Source: a virus (taxonomy: Duplodnaviria > Caudoviricetes). From it: a stretch of 38,520 nt of DNA. A model generated the notes under the pieces. That model was not told the DNA's origin, did no database searches, and saw only the letters and a list, made by a program, of their open reading frames with translations. The stretch covers positions 1 to 38,520 of IMG/VR virus record IMGVR_UViG_3300048882_000503; one strand, 5' to 3'. The position numbers were made by a program, and so were the translations under genes. Of this stretch, positions 17,265 to 25,485 are shown one piece after another; position 1 is the stretch's first letter; each line of letters begins with the position of its first letter.

Positions 17265-17931
17265 TTACTTTCTCCATTTCATTATTAAAAATTTGTTTTG
17301 CACATACTAATTTCTCTACATAATCACGTCGATTGCGGATGAACACTTGTGCGTGTGGTTCATCGTCTACTCCAATAATTATAACAATTTTCTTTGCCTT
17401 TATTCCATACATTTCTTCAAGCGCAAGTGAGTAAAATGTACTTTGAATAAAGTAATCCTCTATCCATTCCGATTTCTTTGGTTTTCGACTAGTCTTATAA
17501 TCAATCACACTTAACTCACCATCAAAGTTAGCAATTAAATCTGCTCTACCCGCAATACCAATATGATGTGAATATAACGCTATCTCAATTGCTCGAACCA
17601 CGCCAAGCCGTTTGTTTATTTCTTTTTGAATCTGTCGATATAGCGGTGATTCGCACTCAACTTCATTGCCTTGAACATACGATTCCAAATTGTTATGTAC
17701 ATATGAGCCGCGTCGCGCAGCCACCTCTGATATTCGTTTCGCTTCATTTTGTCCTACTCCTTTTCGCCATTTATCGAGAAATTTTTTCTTGTCGGGATTT
17801 GCTCCCAAGACAGAAGTAATCGACGGATAAGATTGTCCACTTGGAATGTGATACTTTCGTACAAGTCCTTCTTCCACAGTGACATCATATTCGTGTAATA
17901 AATCCAACTTAAACTCTTTAACATTCTTCAT
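17257..17931 (-). CDS. RecB/Cas4-family PD-(D/E)xK exonuclease
   Basis: YPSITSVL, KWR..VG..EA, RGS.VH, AGRADLIA, IDYKTS, DYFIQ..FY. Confidence 0.92.
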   Translation of the reverse strand: MKNVKEFKLDLLHEYDVTVEEGLVRKYHIPSGQSYPSITSVLGANPDKKKFLDKWRKGVGQNEAKRISEVAARRGSYVHNNLESYVQGNEVECESPLYRQIQKEINKRLGVVRAIEIALYSHHIGIAGRADLIANFDGELSVIDYKTSRKPKKSEWIEDYFIQSTFYSLALEEMYGIKAKKIVIIIGVDDEPHAQVFIRNRRDYVEKLVCAKQIFNNEMEKVNE

Positions 17932-18223
17932 ACCTCTTCGGAAATTCGATACCATTTTTTACTCTCAATCTCGGAGTTATTCCTTTATATACACAATTCG
18001 ATGGCTCGAGCCTATCATCAATTTCTATTTCACAAATACTCATTGATGATAATGTCACTATTCTACTCATATCAATGTATTCGATAATAACATATACTGA
18101 CACAACCCCATCTTTAATGTCATTGCCATACAAGTCTTTATAATCAATACTTGTGCCACATGACATCGGTAAATTTGTGTTTGCTTGAAATCTTAAATTC
18201 TCAAATACATCACTCATATCCAT
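17918..18223 (-). CDS. Hypothetical protein
   Basis: ORF filling the gap between the FmdB-like and exonuclease genes; start probably 18223 or 18217. Confidence 0.6.
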   Translation of the reverse strand: MDMSDVFENLRFQANTNLPMSCGTSIDYKDLYGNDIKDGVVSVYVIIEYIDMSRIVTLSSMSICEIEIDDRLEPSNCVYKGITPRLRVKNGIEFPKRYEEC

Positions 18224-18431
18224 TTCCAGACTTACATACCTCTTTAAATGTGTCTGAATGGGCGTTGTCGCTGGACATGGGCAAACCATAAAAATGTTTT
18301 GGATAGGTCATCTGTTTCGTGAATTCTGTTTCATTATCACATGCTTTACATGCATCGGGGGTTTTTCCTACTCCCAGAAGATATTCTTCAACACTTTGAC
18401 ATTGTTCACACTTGAATATATATATTGGCAT
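18210..18431 (-). CDS. FmdB-family zinc-ribbon protein
   Basis: MPIY.FKC..C ... C..C. Confidence 0.85.
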   Translation of the reverse strand: MPIYIFKCEQCQSVEEYLLGVGKTPDACKACDNETEFTKQMTYPKHFYGLPMSSDNAHSDTFKEVCKSGNGYE

Positions 18432-18433
18432 AG

Positions 18434-19744
18434 TTAGGTTAATTCCTTTAGTGTGTTGGCTTCGGTTTTATCGGGTCTCATTCGTTGAAATACCGGCAAG
18501 AAAAGACTTGTTAATTTCTTGCCTTTACTTTCAATGACTTCATTATACGTTACTTCCACGATGTCGCCGATGTAATTCTTTGAGTAAAAATCTTCCCGTG
18601 CAAGGTCTGAAAATCCTGTACCTACAGAAACTTCCAATAGTCCACATTTGGACTTTACTAAAAAACTTCCAAGTTTTCCAGTTGCCTTACCTTGACCCTC
18701 AAGAATGTCAATGATTTCAAGGTCTGCGGTATGTTCAGCCTTAAATTTAATCATATGGTTCGAACGTTTTGGTTCCCACTGAGAATCAATGTTCTTCAGG
18801 ATGATACCTTCCTCGCCAGCGACAAGCGCGTCACCGAACAACTTCATGACTTCACCTACATCGGCTACTTGAGTTGTTTCAACAATCTTTAATTCATTAC
18901 CTTTCACACGTTTGAATGTGTTAATTAACCATTGAAGTCTGTCTTTGTATGACAAAGATGTCGTCGCAACACCGGTCATCACATTCTTTACCGGCAACGC
19001 ATCCCAGACCACCATAGTTAGACTACTGGCCTCTTCTTTTGAAATTGTTTGTCTCACGGCTTTATTACAAATACCATTACTTACTTTTCTGTCAAAGTAT
19101 TTACCATCGGAACCAACACAGAGTAATTCCCCGTCAAGTACAGAATTAGCAAAGTGCTTTGCCACACCATTAAATCTACCGTGTGTTAATAATGGTTTTC
19201 CATTACGAGAAAATACTTGAACAGTCCCGTTTTCATCAATAACAATATTAACACGCATCCCATCAAACTTATTTTGCACATAAGCAGGATACACAATATT
19301 CTTCATTGTTTTACTATTTGACTTGACTGCCAACATCACATTAAAATCGGGGATTAAGTTTGCCCAAATCTTATTGGCTGTCTTTGCCGATACCCCAACT
19401 TTTAAATCTTTTAATATAATACGTTCAAGTACTTCAGCCTCTTCGGCATCAACTTGGGTTAGAATGTCGGTCAACTTCTTTGTGCTGGCACGTGACCGTT
19501 GGGTTCCGACAAGTTCTGTATTCAACTTAGCCATCGCCTTCGATAATGGAATTGCTCCATATCGTTCACGTTTATATTCAGGTATTTCTTTAATACCAAA
19601 TGTGATGAATGGATTTAGTGCCATATTAACAACTTCTTTAAAATCTTTCTGATTCTTCATAGTTTCAAGAATCTCAAGTTTTTCAATTTTGCCGTTAGTG
19701 GCGGATAATTTATTTAAAATCTCAATTACTGTAAAGGTAGCCAT
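18434..19744 (-). CDS. gp30: ATP-dependent DNA ligase gp30
   Basis: KFDGMR, LDGEL, EGIILK, KRS..MIKFK, VGTGFSD, SLFLPVF...R.DK. Confidence 0.96.
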   Translation of the reverse strand: MATFTVIEILNKLSATNGKIEKLEILETMKNQKDFKEVVNMALNPFITFGIKEIPEYKRERYGAIPLSKAMAKLNTELVGTQRSRASTKKLTDILTQVDAEEAEVLERIILKDLKVGVSAKTANKIWANLIPDFNVMLAVKSNSKTMKNIVYPAYVQNKFDGMRVNIVIDENGTVQVFSRNGKPLLTHGRFNGVAKHFANSVLDGELLCVGSDGKYFDRKVSNGICNKAVRQTISKEEASSLTMVVWDALPVKNVMTGVATTSLSYKDRLQWLINTFKRVKGNELKIVETTQVADVGEVMKLFGDALVAGEEGIILKNIDSQWEPKRSNHMIKFKAEHTADLEIIDILEGQGKATGKLGSFLVKSKCGLLEVSVGTGFSDLAREDFYSKNYIGDIVEVTYNEVIESKGKKLTSLFLPVFQRMRPDKTEANTLKELT

Positions 19745-20634
19745 TAGAATAAACTCGCTGTTGTAGGTTTAAGGTTTGAATGAAAATCGGAACAATCGTC
19801 TAACATATTCTTCATTTTGTTCTTTACAAGGTATGTAAACACATTACTATTCTTGGTATTTATACCTGTATTATAACAAGTTAAAATGGATTTGTAAAGA
19901 TCTTTTGGTATGTGATTTAAACTAATCAACTTCTCATTTCTATAATAGTTAGCAAGCATTTCAGTTGTATCACAAAAATCTTTTGGGTCTTCGCCTACCC
20001 ACATATCAACCTTTTTCTTTTGCATCGGAGTTTGGCGTTTGTCCTTAATACTGAACACATCATCATCGGATAGAATGTTTGGTATACCATCTCCACTATC
20101 CCCGCGTATAATATGTTCACTCAAATACAATTTAGCATTTTCAACCGTGATCTGTTTATCAGTAATTGGGTCGTACTGTTTCACATTCTTTGTGTGTAAC
20201 TGTTTAAAGTCACCATCTCTACTTAATATAATAGTTTTTTCTGACCCAAATTCTAAACATAATGTGCCGATAATATCATCGGCTTCTGCCGTCTTGACAT
20301 CAACGAAGTGGTATGGGAGGTTTTCTTTTATCTCTTGTTTCACCGTATCTACATGTGTGTAGATTTCAGCCCAATCAATGTTATCGGTTGCTCGTTTTGT
20401 CTTCTTGTCTTCGCGCCTTTTCCATTTATAAAATTCAAATTCAGTGTCGCGCCAGTAAGTACGGTCATCACAACAGATGACCATAGTACCGTACTTGTTT
20501 TTGAATTTCTTGTTGAGGCGACGAATACTGTTAAGCATAAGATGCCTGATGTCAGATTCGGAAGGCTGACCTAATTCTCGCAATGCAATATGAATGCTCG
20601 CGACTGTAATACCTGATAAATCTAATAAAATCAA
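19744..20634 (-). CDS. rnh: RNase H (5'-3' exonuclease, FEN family)
   Basis: ILLD, ICCD...YWR, YK..R, EADDIIG, SRDGDFKQL, GDSGDGIPNILS. Confidence 0.95.
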   Translation of the reverse strand: MILLDLSGITVASIHIALRELGQPSESDIRHLMLNSIRRLNKKFKNKYGTMVICCDDRTYWRDTEFEFYKWKRREDKKTKRATDNIDWAEIYTHVDTVKQEIKENLPYHFVDVKTAEADDIIGTLCLEFGSEKTIILSRDGDFKQLHTKNVKQYDPITDKQITVENAKLYLSEHIIRGDSGDGIPNILSDDDVFSIKDKRQTPMQKKKVDMWVGEDPKDFCDTTEMLANYYRNEKLISLNHIPKDLYKSILTCYNTGINTKNSNVFTYLVKNKMKNMLDDCSDFHSNLKPTTASLF

Positions 20635-20662
20635 AACAATCTCCTATAACAAATAATAATAT

Positions 20663-20691
20663 ATTATAACACAAATTCAGTATAATGTAAA
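20663..20691 (-). promoter_or_regulatory. Sigma70-type promoter for the rnh-ligase operon
   Basis: TTTACA-N17-TATAAT with TG extension. Confidence 0.8.
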
Positions 20692-20712
20692 CTAAAAATA
20701 CATATTAATAGT

Positions 20713-20943
20713 CTATCGAAGATTAAATAGTAAATCTCTCCACATATCGGAACCACGTTTTCCATCATCCAGAATATTCATAATATCATGAGTCATCACA
20801 AAAATATCTTTCTTAGATAATGCAGCTTCATATTTGGTAATTATGTCAATGATATCTTTGGTTACTTCAACATTATCTGTATTAGTTCCTCGCATCGCGT
20901 AAAATATTAACGTACTTAAATCTTGATCTTCAACAATCATCAT
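20713..20943 (-). CDS. Hypothetical protein
   Basis: AGGAG RBS; TAATG coupling. Confidence 0.7.
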   Translation of the reverse strand: MMIVEDQDLSTLIFYAMRGTNTDNVEVTKDIIDIITKYEAALSKKDIFVMTHDIMNILDDGKRGSDMWRDLLFNLR

Positions 20944-21230
20944 TATATATCTCCTTTAGGTTCTTCCAATCCAATCATATACGTTTGTAACCGTTTATAT
21001 AAATCGCCATTATCAAGTGCTTGGTTAACAATGTGATTTGTTAAATTGTTTATATACTCTTCAACCTCCGTTATTTGACCACTTTCTGTCTTGGTCTTAA
21101 TATCCGTCGTTAAATCCATGTCGTTGGCATAATACAATCCAACCCCAATCCCAAAGTGAAATAGATGGGTTGCTAAATCGTATATTTCGGTTTGCGCTTC
21201 ATTTAATTCAACTTCATTATTCACATACAT
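20943..21230 (-). CDS. Hypothetical protein
   Basis: AAGGA upstream; first gene after a sigma70-like promoter. Confidence 0.7.
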   Translation of the reverse strand: MYVNNEVELNEAQTEIYDLATHLFHFGIGVGLYYANDMDLTTDIKTKTESGQITEVEEYINNLTNHIVNQALDNGDLYKRLQTYMIGLEEPKGDI

Positions 21231-21253
21231 TCCTTTTGTTTATCTACATATAT

Positions 21254-21281
21254 ATTATAACACATTTTTTTTGGAATGTAA
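21254..21281 (-). promoter_or_regulatory. Sigma70-type promoter
   Basis: TTTACA-N16-TATAAT with TG extension. Confidence 0.75.
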
Positions 21282-21289
21282 ATTATTAT

Positions 21290-22120
21290 TTAACCCCAAG
21301 TGACAGTTTTTGGTACATAACTTCTAATAACGTCGATAACATCGTTGCCCAGTTCTTTTATTGATTTTTGAGGTTTACCTTTAATCTTGGCGTGAACGTA
21401 ATTGGCTTTCTTGATGTAACTACCACCACCAGAGGATTTAGCTAAATCCGAATCCACATTCTGTTGATTGAAGGCAATGAATATATCACCATTCATATAC
21501 TTCTGAATACTCTTTCCCATCTCAAGGATTTTAAGGAATGATAATGCGGCACCTTCATGAGTGGCAAACATAATTTCGCTTGGCACAATACGAGAACGAC
21601 CTTTATTCTGTTCTACCGCCACGTCAAACTTATTCATGACCCACACGATATGAATATTTTCTTTCTTGTATCCAGCACCGGTAACCGCATCACTTACTTT
21701 CTTTAACTTAGAGATATCCTTCAATGTGACATCATATATTAAATTTGGTTTACGGTCGGGATGTGCCATCAATACAGAACGGATTGTGGTAGTAATTAAT
21801 TTCTTATCTACTTTATATAAGTCGCCAATAATATCATGGACAGTACTAACATCTGCCGGCTTCCTTAAATCAAGTTTCTTTAAGTCTAAGCCAGTCTCGG
21901 ATTTAACCTTTGCAGCAAAGATTTTTGATGAGATTGCTAATCTCTTCATTTCATCTACATCAAACGTTTTGCCCTCGATAGATAATAATTTGTCTTTGAC
22001 GAAACCCTTGCCCGAACCTGCCCCACCCATAAGAATGACAACTTGTCCAAACTTCGGATATGCCTTACGACCAAATTGAATCGCAACTTCGTTTAAATAT
22101 TCTTTGAATGAGTAGTCCAT
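21290..22120 (-). CDS. P-loop kinase (zeta-toxin/AAA_33-like) with capsid-targeting-like leader
   Basis: ILMGGAGSGKGF Walker A, DVD, LIYDVT Walker B, N..RSR.VP lid; starts MDYSFKEYLNE. Confidence 0.8.
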   Translation of the reverse strand: MDYSFKEYLNEVAIQFGRKAYPKFGQVVILMGGAGSGKGFVKDKLLSIEGKTFDVDEMKRLAISSKIFAAKVKSETGLDLKKLDLRKPADVSTVHDIIGDLYKVDKKLITTTIRSVLMAHPDRKPNLIYDVTLKDISKLKKVSDAVTGAGYKKENIHIVWVMNKFDVAVEQNKGRSRIVPSEIMFATHEGAALSFLKILEMGKSIQKYMNGDIFIAFNQQNVDSDLAKSSGGGSYIKKANYVHAKIKGKPQKSIKELGNDVIDVIRSYVPKTVTWG

Positions 22121-22127
22121 ATTGGGA

Positions 22128-22862
22128 TTATAGATATCTTCCGAGTTCTGATTGGTCGACAAGTTTCACGATCTTCTTCCATAATGCAGTCTCTTTTTTC
22201 TTGTCTATTTTGATTGATTTTAAATCAGAAGCATCCGATGATTCTAGTGCGGATAAAACCTCGTGAGCGGCCGATGCATTGTAGAAAGCATCCTTCAGAT
22301 CCTGTCTTTGTTGAAAGTCTTCTGAATTCTTTTTGCCTTCTAATACTAACTCTTTATATGTTTTCATTTTCATTTTCATTTCCATTAACGGTAACTTTTT
22401 TTTTAATTTTGATAGTGTTTTGGTAAAATCTCTATGGAATATAGTTATTCCACCGGCTTGCTCATATGGAATAGTACTTTTCTTTCTGTCATCAACAAGT
22501 ATGTTCTTACTGCCGTCTGCATACTTTGCTTTATCTTTCGCCTTACGAACCCAATTAAAGGGATAATTGCCAATATGTTTCTTGACCCATAACGCTTTTT
22601 GTTTTGCATTCTTTTCAGAATCAAACTGAGACACGGCAGTCAATATTTGCACTTCATATCCAAGTTTTTCAACGTTCTTAACAAACTGTTTTGCGCCTTT
22701 GAATGGCGGAAGGTTTGAGAAAAACTCTTTCTCGGCAAACTTCTTTTTCAGTGCCATTAGATCAGGTTTTGATAATGAATCCAATTCATATGGGTGCTGG
22801 TCATTGAAACCAGTAACGAAATCGGCAATTACACCGTCCAGATCAATATAAGCAATCGTCAT
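22128..22862 (-). CDS. HAD-family 5'(3')-nucleotidase (NT5C-like) with a C-terminal 79-aa module starting MKTYKELVLE
   Basis: YIDLDGVIADF, FF..LPP, ILTA, K..W, ILVDD motifs; ATGA coupling places the start at 22862. Confidence 0.85.
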   Translation of the reverse strand: MTIAYIDLDGVIADFVTGFNDQHPYELDSLSKPDLMALKKKFAEKEFFSNLPPFKGAKQFVKNVEKLGYEVQILTAVSQFDSEKNAKQKALWVKKHIGNYPFNWVRKAKDKAKYADGSKNILVDDRKKSTIPYEQAGGITIFHRDFTKTLSKLKKKLPLMEMKMKMKTYKELVLEGKKNSEDFQQRQDLKDAFYNASAAHEVLSALESSDASDLKSIKIDKKKETALWKKIVKLVDQSELGRYL

Positions 22863-23131
22863 TTTTGGCTTTCCCAAACATTCTTAACACGCGTTTCTAA
22901 ACTAGATGTGATATCAGAAAATCTATCGTCTTCGAACATATAACCAAATGCCTCTTTGGCTTTTTGTACAATAAAGTCTTCACTGAATCTACCTTCCATC
23001 ACAGAACCAACTTCACTCCACCATGCGTCAGGACAAACACAAGAAACAACAGGGGATTTCTTTGGTTCTGGTGCAACTTTCTCAACTACCACATCAAGAT
23101 TAGCCACAACTGATTTCTTTTTCTTGGACAT
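22859..23131 (-). CDS. Hypothetical protein with Lys/Val-rich N-terminus
   Basis: Start MSKKKKSVV at 23131, by TAATG overlap with the upstream small gene. Confidence 0.7.
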   Translation of the reverse strand: MSKKKKSVVANLDVVVEKVAPEPKKSPVVSCVCPDAWWSEVGSVMEGRFSEDFIVQKAKEAFGYMFEDDRFSDITSSLETRVKNVWESQK

Positions 23132-23283
23132 TATACGTTTCGAGCGTACCAAGCATCAGACCGGTCTGGTCTACGAGCCTTTAATTCGGCAAGTTTGTCA
23201 CCACTTTCTTTTGGTGCAACTACAACTGACTCAACAGATGCTTCAACAACTACTTTTTTCTTAGGTTTCTTAAAACTTTTCAT
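23131..23283 (-). CDS. Small protein (50 aa; not in the ORF track)
   Basis: AAGGA RBS; MKSFKKPKKKVVVEASVESVVVAPKESGDKLAELKARRPDRSDAWYARNV*. Confidence 0.75.
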   Translation of the reverse strand: MKSFKKPKKKVVVEASVESVVVAPKESGDKLAELKARRPDRSDAWYARNV

Positions 23284-23295
23284 GGTATTTCCTTT

Positions 23296-23616
23296 TTATT
23301 TAATTAAATTTTCAACAATAAATTCTTCTTGGAGGGGAGCAACACCTTGTATAATAAACGTTTTCTTAGAACTCTTTTTATCTTTGTTTACTATTGTTAT
23401 CTCTTTACTGAAGATATACTGGTCGCCTTGGGCAGTGTTTTTAATGACTTCGGGACTCATGTTTCCTGTAAACTTAGCGACGAAAATCAATACATCTTTA
23501 ATTTTTTTAAATTTATAGCCTCTATAGAGGTTGACTTGAAATTCTTTACCGATAACTTTCGCAAGCGCTTCTTTAGTTTTCACGCCTTCCGTGATAAATT
23601 CTTTATATGTTTTCAT
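23296..23616 (-). CDS. Putative internal head protein
   Basis: Begins MKTYKEFITE (T4 IPII/IPIII capsid-targeting sequence is MKTYQEFIAE); small and basic. Confidence 0.75.
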   Translation of the reverse strand: MKTYKEFITEGVKTKEALAKVIGKEFQVNLYRGYKFKKIKDVLIFVAKFTGNMSPEVIKNTAQGDQYIFSKEITIVNKDKKSSKKTFIIQGVAPLQEEFIVENLIK

Positions 23617-24017
23617 GGTTTAAATGTGTAATATTGTTGTGCGTTTCTTATGTCAATGTGAACCCAACTAATGTCAAGTTCAACCCCTGTTATATATGGA
23701 TACTTGTCTTTGTTATCAAGTATCTCCATTCTTACTGCATCTGGCAGGGCAGACTTAAATACCATATCCGCCGCACGACCAAATGTATGTTGTGAATAAG
23801 GAGAATAATATGGACTCTTGCTTGTCCTCAAACCAGACCATTCTCTATCGCCACCCGTCTTCCAATTATTTATAGTGATTGGACCAAACTTCTCACGAAG
23901 AGAATCAATCATATAAATCAGCCTATCATCGATTAACTGCCAAGCCTTATCACCTCGTTTCTCGAATGTTTCTCTATCAACAAGTTCTTCAATTGAAAAG
24001 TATTTGGCTTTAATCAT
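23613..24017 (-). CDS. Peptidase M15-family Zn peptidase (candidate endolysin)
   Basis: KYF...EL, LR..FG, SGLR, SQH.FGRAAD, WVHID motifs. Confidence 0.88.
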   Translation of the reverse strand: MIKAKYFSIEELVDRETFEKRGDKAWQLIDDRLIYMIDSLREKFGPITINNWKTGGDREWSGLRTSKSPYYSPYSQHTFGRAADMVFKSALPDAVRMEILDNKDKYPYITGVELDISWVHIDIRNAQQYYTFKP

Positions 24018-24205
24018 TATTTTACAATCCGTTTTAATTCTTTTGATAATGCGGGAGTCAAGCCTTGACTCAAAATATCTTCAAAGACAGTTAAGACTAA
24101 ACTCTCTTTGCTCATCGAGGAATAACTCATACTCAATTTATTTAACTTAGATTTCAGATCAGATAAACCAGACGATTCACTAATATGGTCTTTTAATGTT
24201 TTCAT
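24017..24205 (-). CDS. Putative small internal head protein
   Basis: Begins MKTLKDHISE; first gene after the late promoter; AAGGA RBS. Confidence 0.7.
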   Translation of the reverse strand: MKTLKDHISESSGLSDLKSKLNKLSMSYSSMSKESLVLTVFEDILSQGLTPALSKELKRIVK

Positions 24206-24226
24206 GTCGATCCTTGTTCGTTTATA

Positions 24227-24667
24227 TTATTTATATAGTTTTACTTTAACACCCAACTTCTCAAGTAAACGTATACCGGAATGACACTTATATTTATTTA
24301 AATAAACCAATCTCGTGATTCCTGCCTGATATATCAACTTAGAACACTCTATACAAGGAGATAATGTGCAATACATAGTTGCACCAATACTTGACGTTGT
24401 TGAGCGTGTGAGGCGCATGATAGCGTTGGCTTCTGCGTGTAATACTTCTGGTCTGGTGAGAAAAGAATCTGTCTCACACTTATTGTCCATTCCGTGGGGC
24501 ATTCCATTGTATCCGGCTGATATAATCGTGCCATCCTTAATTATAACTGAACCAACTTGCCTTCGTTGGGCATAGGACATCTCTGAATATCTTATGGCGA
24601 TATCCATATATAATGAATCATATCTTTTTTGTTTATTATATAGTCTTGCGTCAGTAACTTTATTCAT
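24227..24667 (-). CDS. cd: dCMP deaminase
   Basis: VGSVI, GYNG.P.G, HAEANA, SPCIEC. Confidence 0.95.
   Translation of the reverse strand: MNKVTDARLYNKQKRYDSLYMDIAIRYSEMSYAQRRQVGSVIIKDGTIISAGYNGMPHGMDNKCETDSFLTRPEVLHAEANAIMRLTRSTTSSIGATMYCTLSPCIECSKLIYQAGITRLVYLNKYKCHSGIRLLEKLGVKVKLYK
24228..24235 (-). promoter_or_regulatory. T4-type late promoter for the 24205-21290 operon
   Basis: TATAAATA overlapping the cd stop codon. Confidence 0.8.
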
Positions 24668-24673
24668 GATTAT

Positions 24674-24702
24674 ATTATAACACTAAATAAAAGAAAACAC
24701 AA
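24674..24702 (-). promoter_or_regulatory. Sigma70-type promoter for cd
   Basis: TTGTGT-N17-TATAAT with TG extension. Confidence 0.65.
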
Positions 24703-24722
24703 CAACTATTAACAACTATTTA

Positions 24723-25166
24723 ATGAATGATTGGCTATTTGAGGGAACTGGACTAACTGTCGTGCCGGAAGGTATCGTTGGATTTGTGTACTTAATCACA
24801 AATAAAACAAACGGCATGAAATATATAGGGAAAAAAAATATGTTCAGTACTCGACGATTAAAGCCGTTGAAGGGCAAGAAACGCAAACGTGTTGTAACCA
24901 AGGAAAGTGCTTGGCAAGATTACTACGGCTCGTCTCTGGAATTGTGTGAAGAAATAGAAACTTTGGGAAAGAATAATTACATTCGCGAAATCCTAAAATT
25001 GTGTCAAGGCAAGGGAGAGATGTCTTACTATGAAGCCAAATGCCAATTTGATTATGATGTTCTGCTACGAGATGATTTTTATAATGGTCACATACAGTGT
25101 AGGATTCATCATACTCATGTCAACAAATTGAAATACTCAATTACTCCTCAACCAACCCCCATATAA
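24723..25166 (+). CDS. Free-standing GIY-YIG nuclease-domain protein
   Basis: GFVYLITNKTNGMKYIGKK, Y.GSS, REIL, E...Q, FYN; opposite strand to its neighbours. Confidence 0.88.
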   Translation: MNDWLFEGTGLTVVPEGIVGFVYLITNKTNGMKYIGKKNMFSTRRLKPLKGKKRKRVVTKESAWQDYYGSSLELCEEIETLGKNNYIREILKLCQGKGEMSYYEAKCQFDYDVLLRDDFYNGHIQCRIHHTHVNKLKYSITPQPTPI

Positions 25167-25290
25167 TATCTTCAATCTCAATCTCATTGCACCCACAGAA
25201 CGGACAAAACTCAATTCTATATTGCTCTTCATCCAACGTATCTTCCACTTGTGATCTACTGCCACATTCTCCACATTCCACTATTTTCAT
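25141..25290 (-). CDS. Small zinc-ribbon protein (49 aa; not in the ORF track)
   Basis: MKIVECGECG...FCPFCG, acidic tail; downstream of nrdA. Confidence 0.75.
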   Translation of the reverse strand: MKIVECGECGSRSQVEDTLDEEQYRIEFCPFCGCNEIEIEDIIWGLVEE

Positions 25291-25329
25291 ATTTACATCT
25301 ACATCTGTTTAAATTATTATTTATGTTAA

Positions 25330-25485
25330 TTACCACTGGTGTGCGGCATTGGCGATTATGGCTATACACGTTATTATGTGCATCCCAACCCAAACTGTTC
25401 TGATAATACAAGCATAATCAGCTTTCTTATCATCGGCCATCGCCTTAGTTCCAATGGTTTTACACCAAAGCGTTTTACATCCCAT
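25330..25485 (-). CDS. Small membrane protein (51 aa; not in the ORF track)
   Basis: MGCKTLWCKTIGTKAMADDKKADYACIIRTVWVGMHIITCIAIIANAAHQW*; TAATG-coupled to nrdA. Confidence 0.7.
   Translation of the reverse strand: MGCKTLWCKTIGTKAMADDKKADYACIIRTVWVGMHIITCIAIIANAAHQW

Noticed and set aside
17257-17931. Cas4 indicating a CRISPR system
   Set aside because: Typical stand-alone T4-like phage exonuclease; lacks the Cas4 four-Cys cluster; no array or other cas genes.
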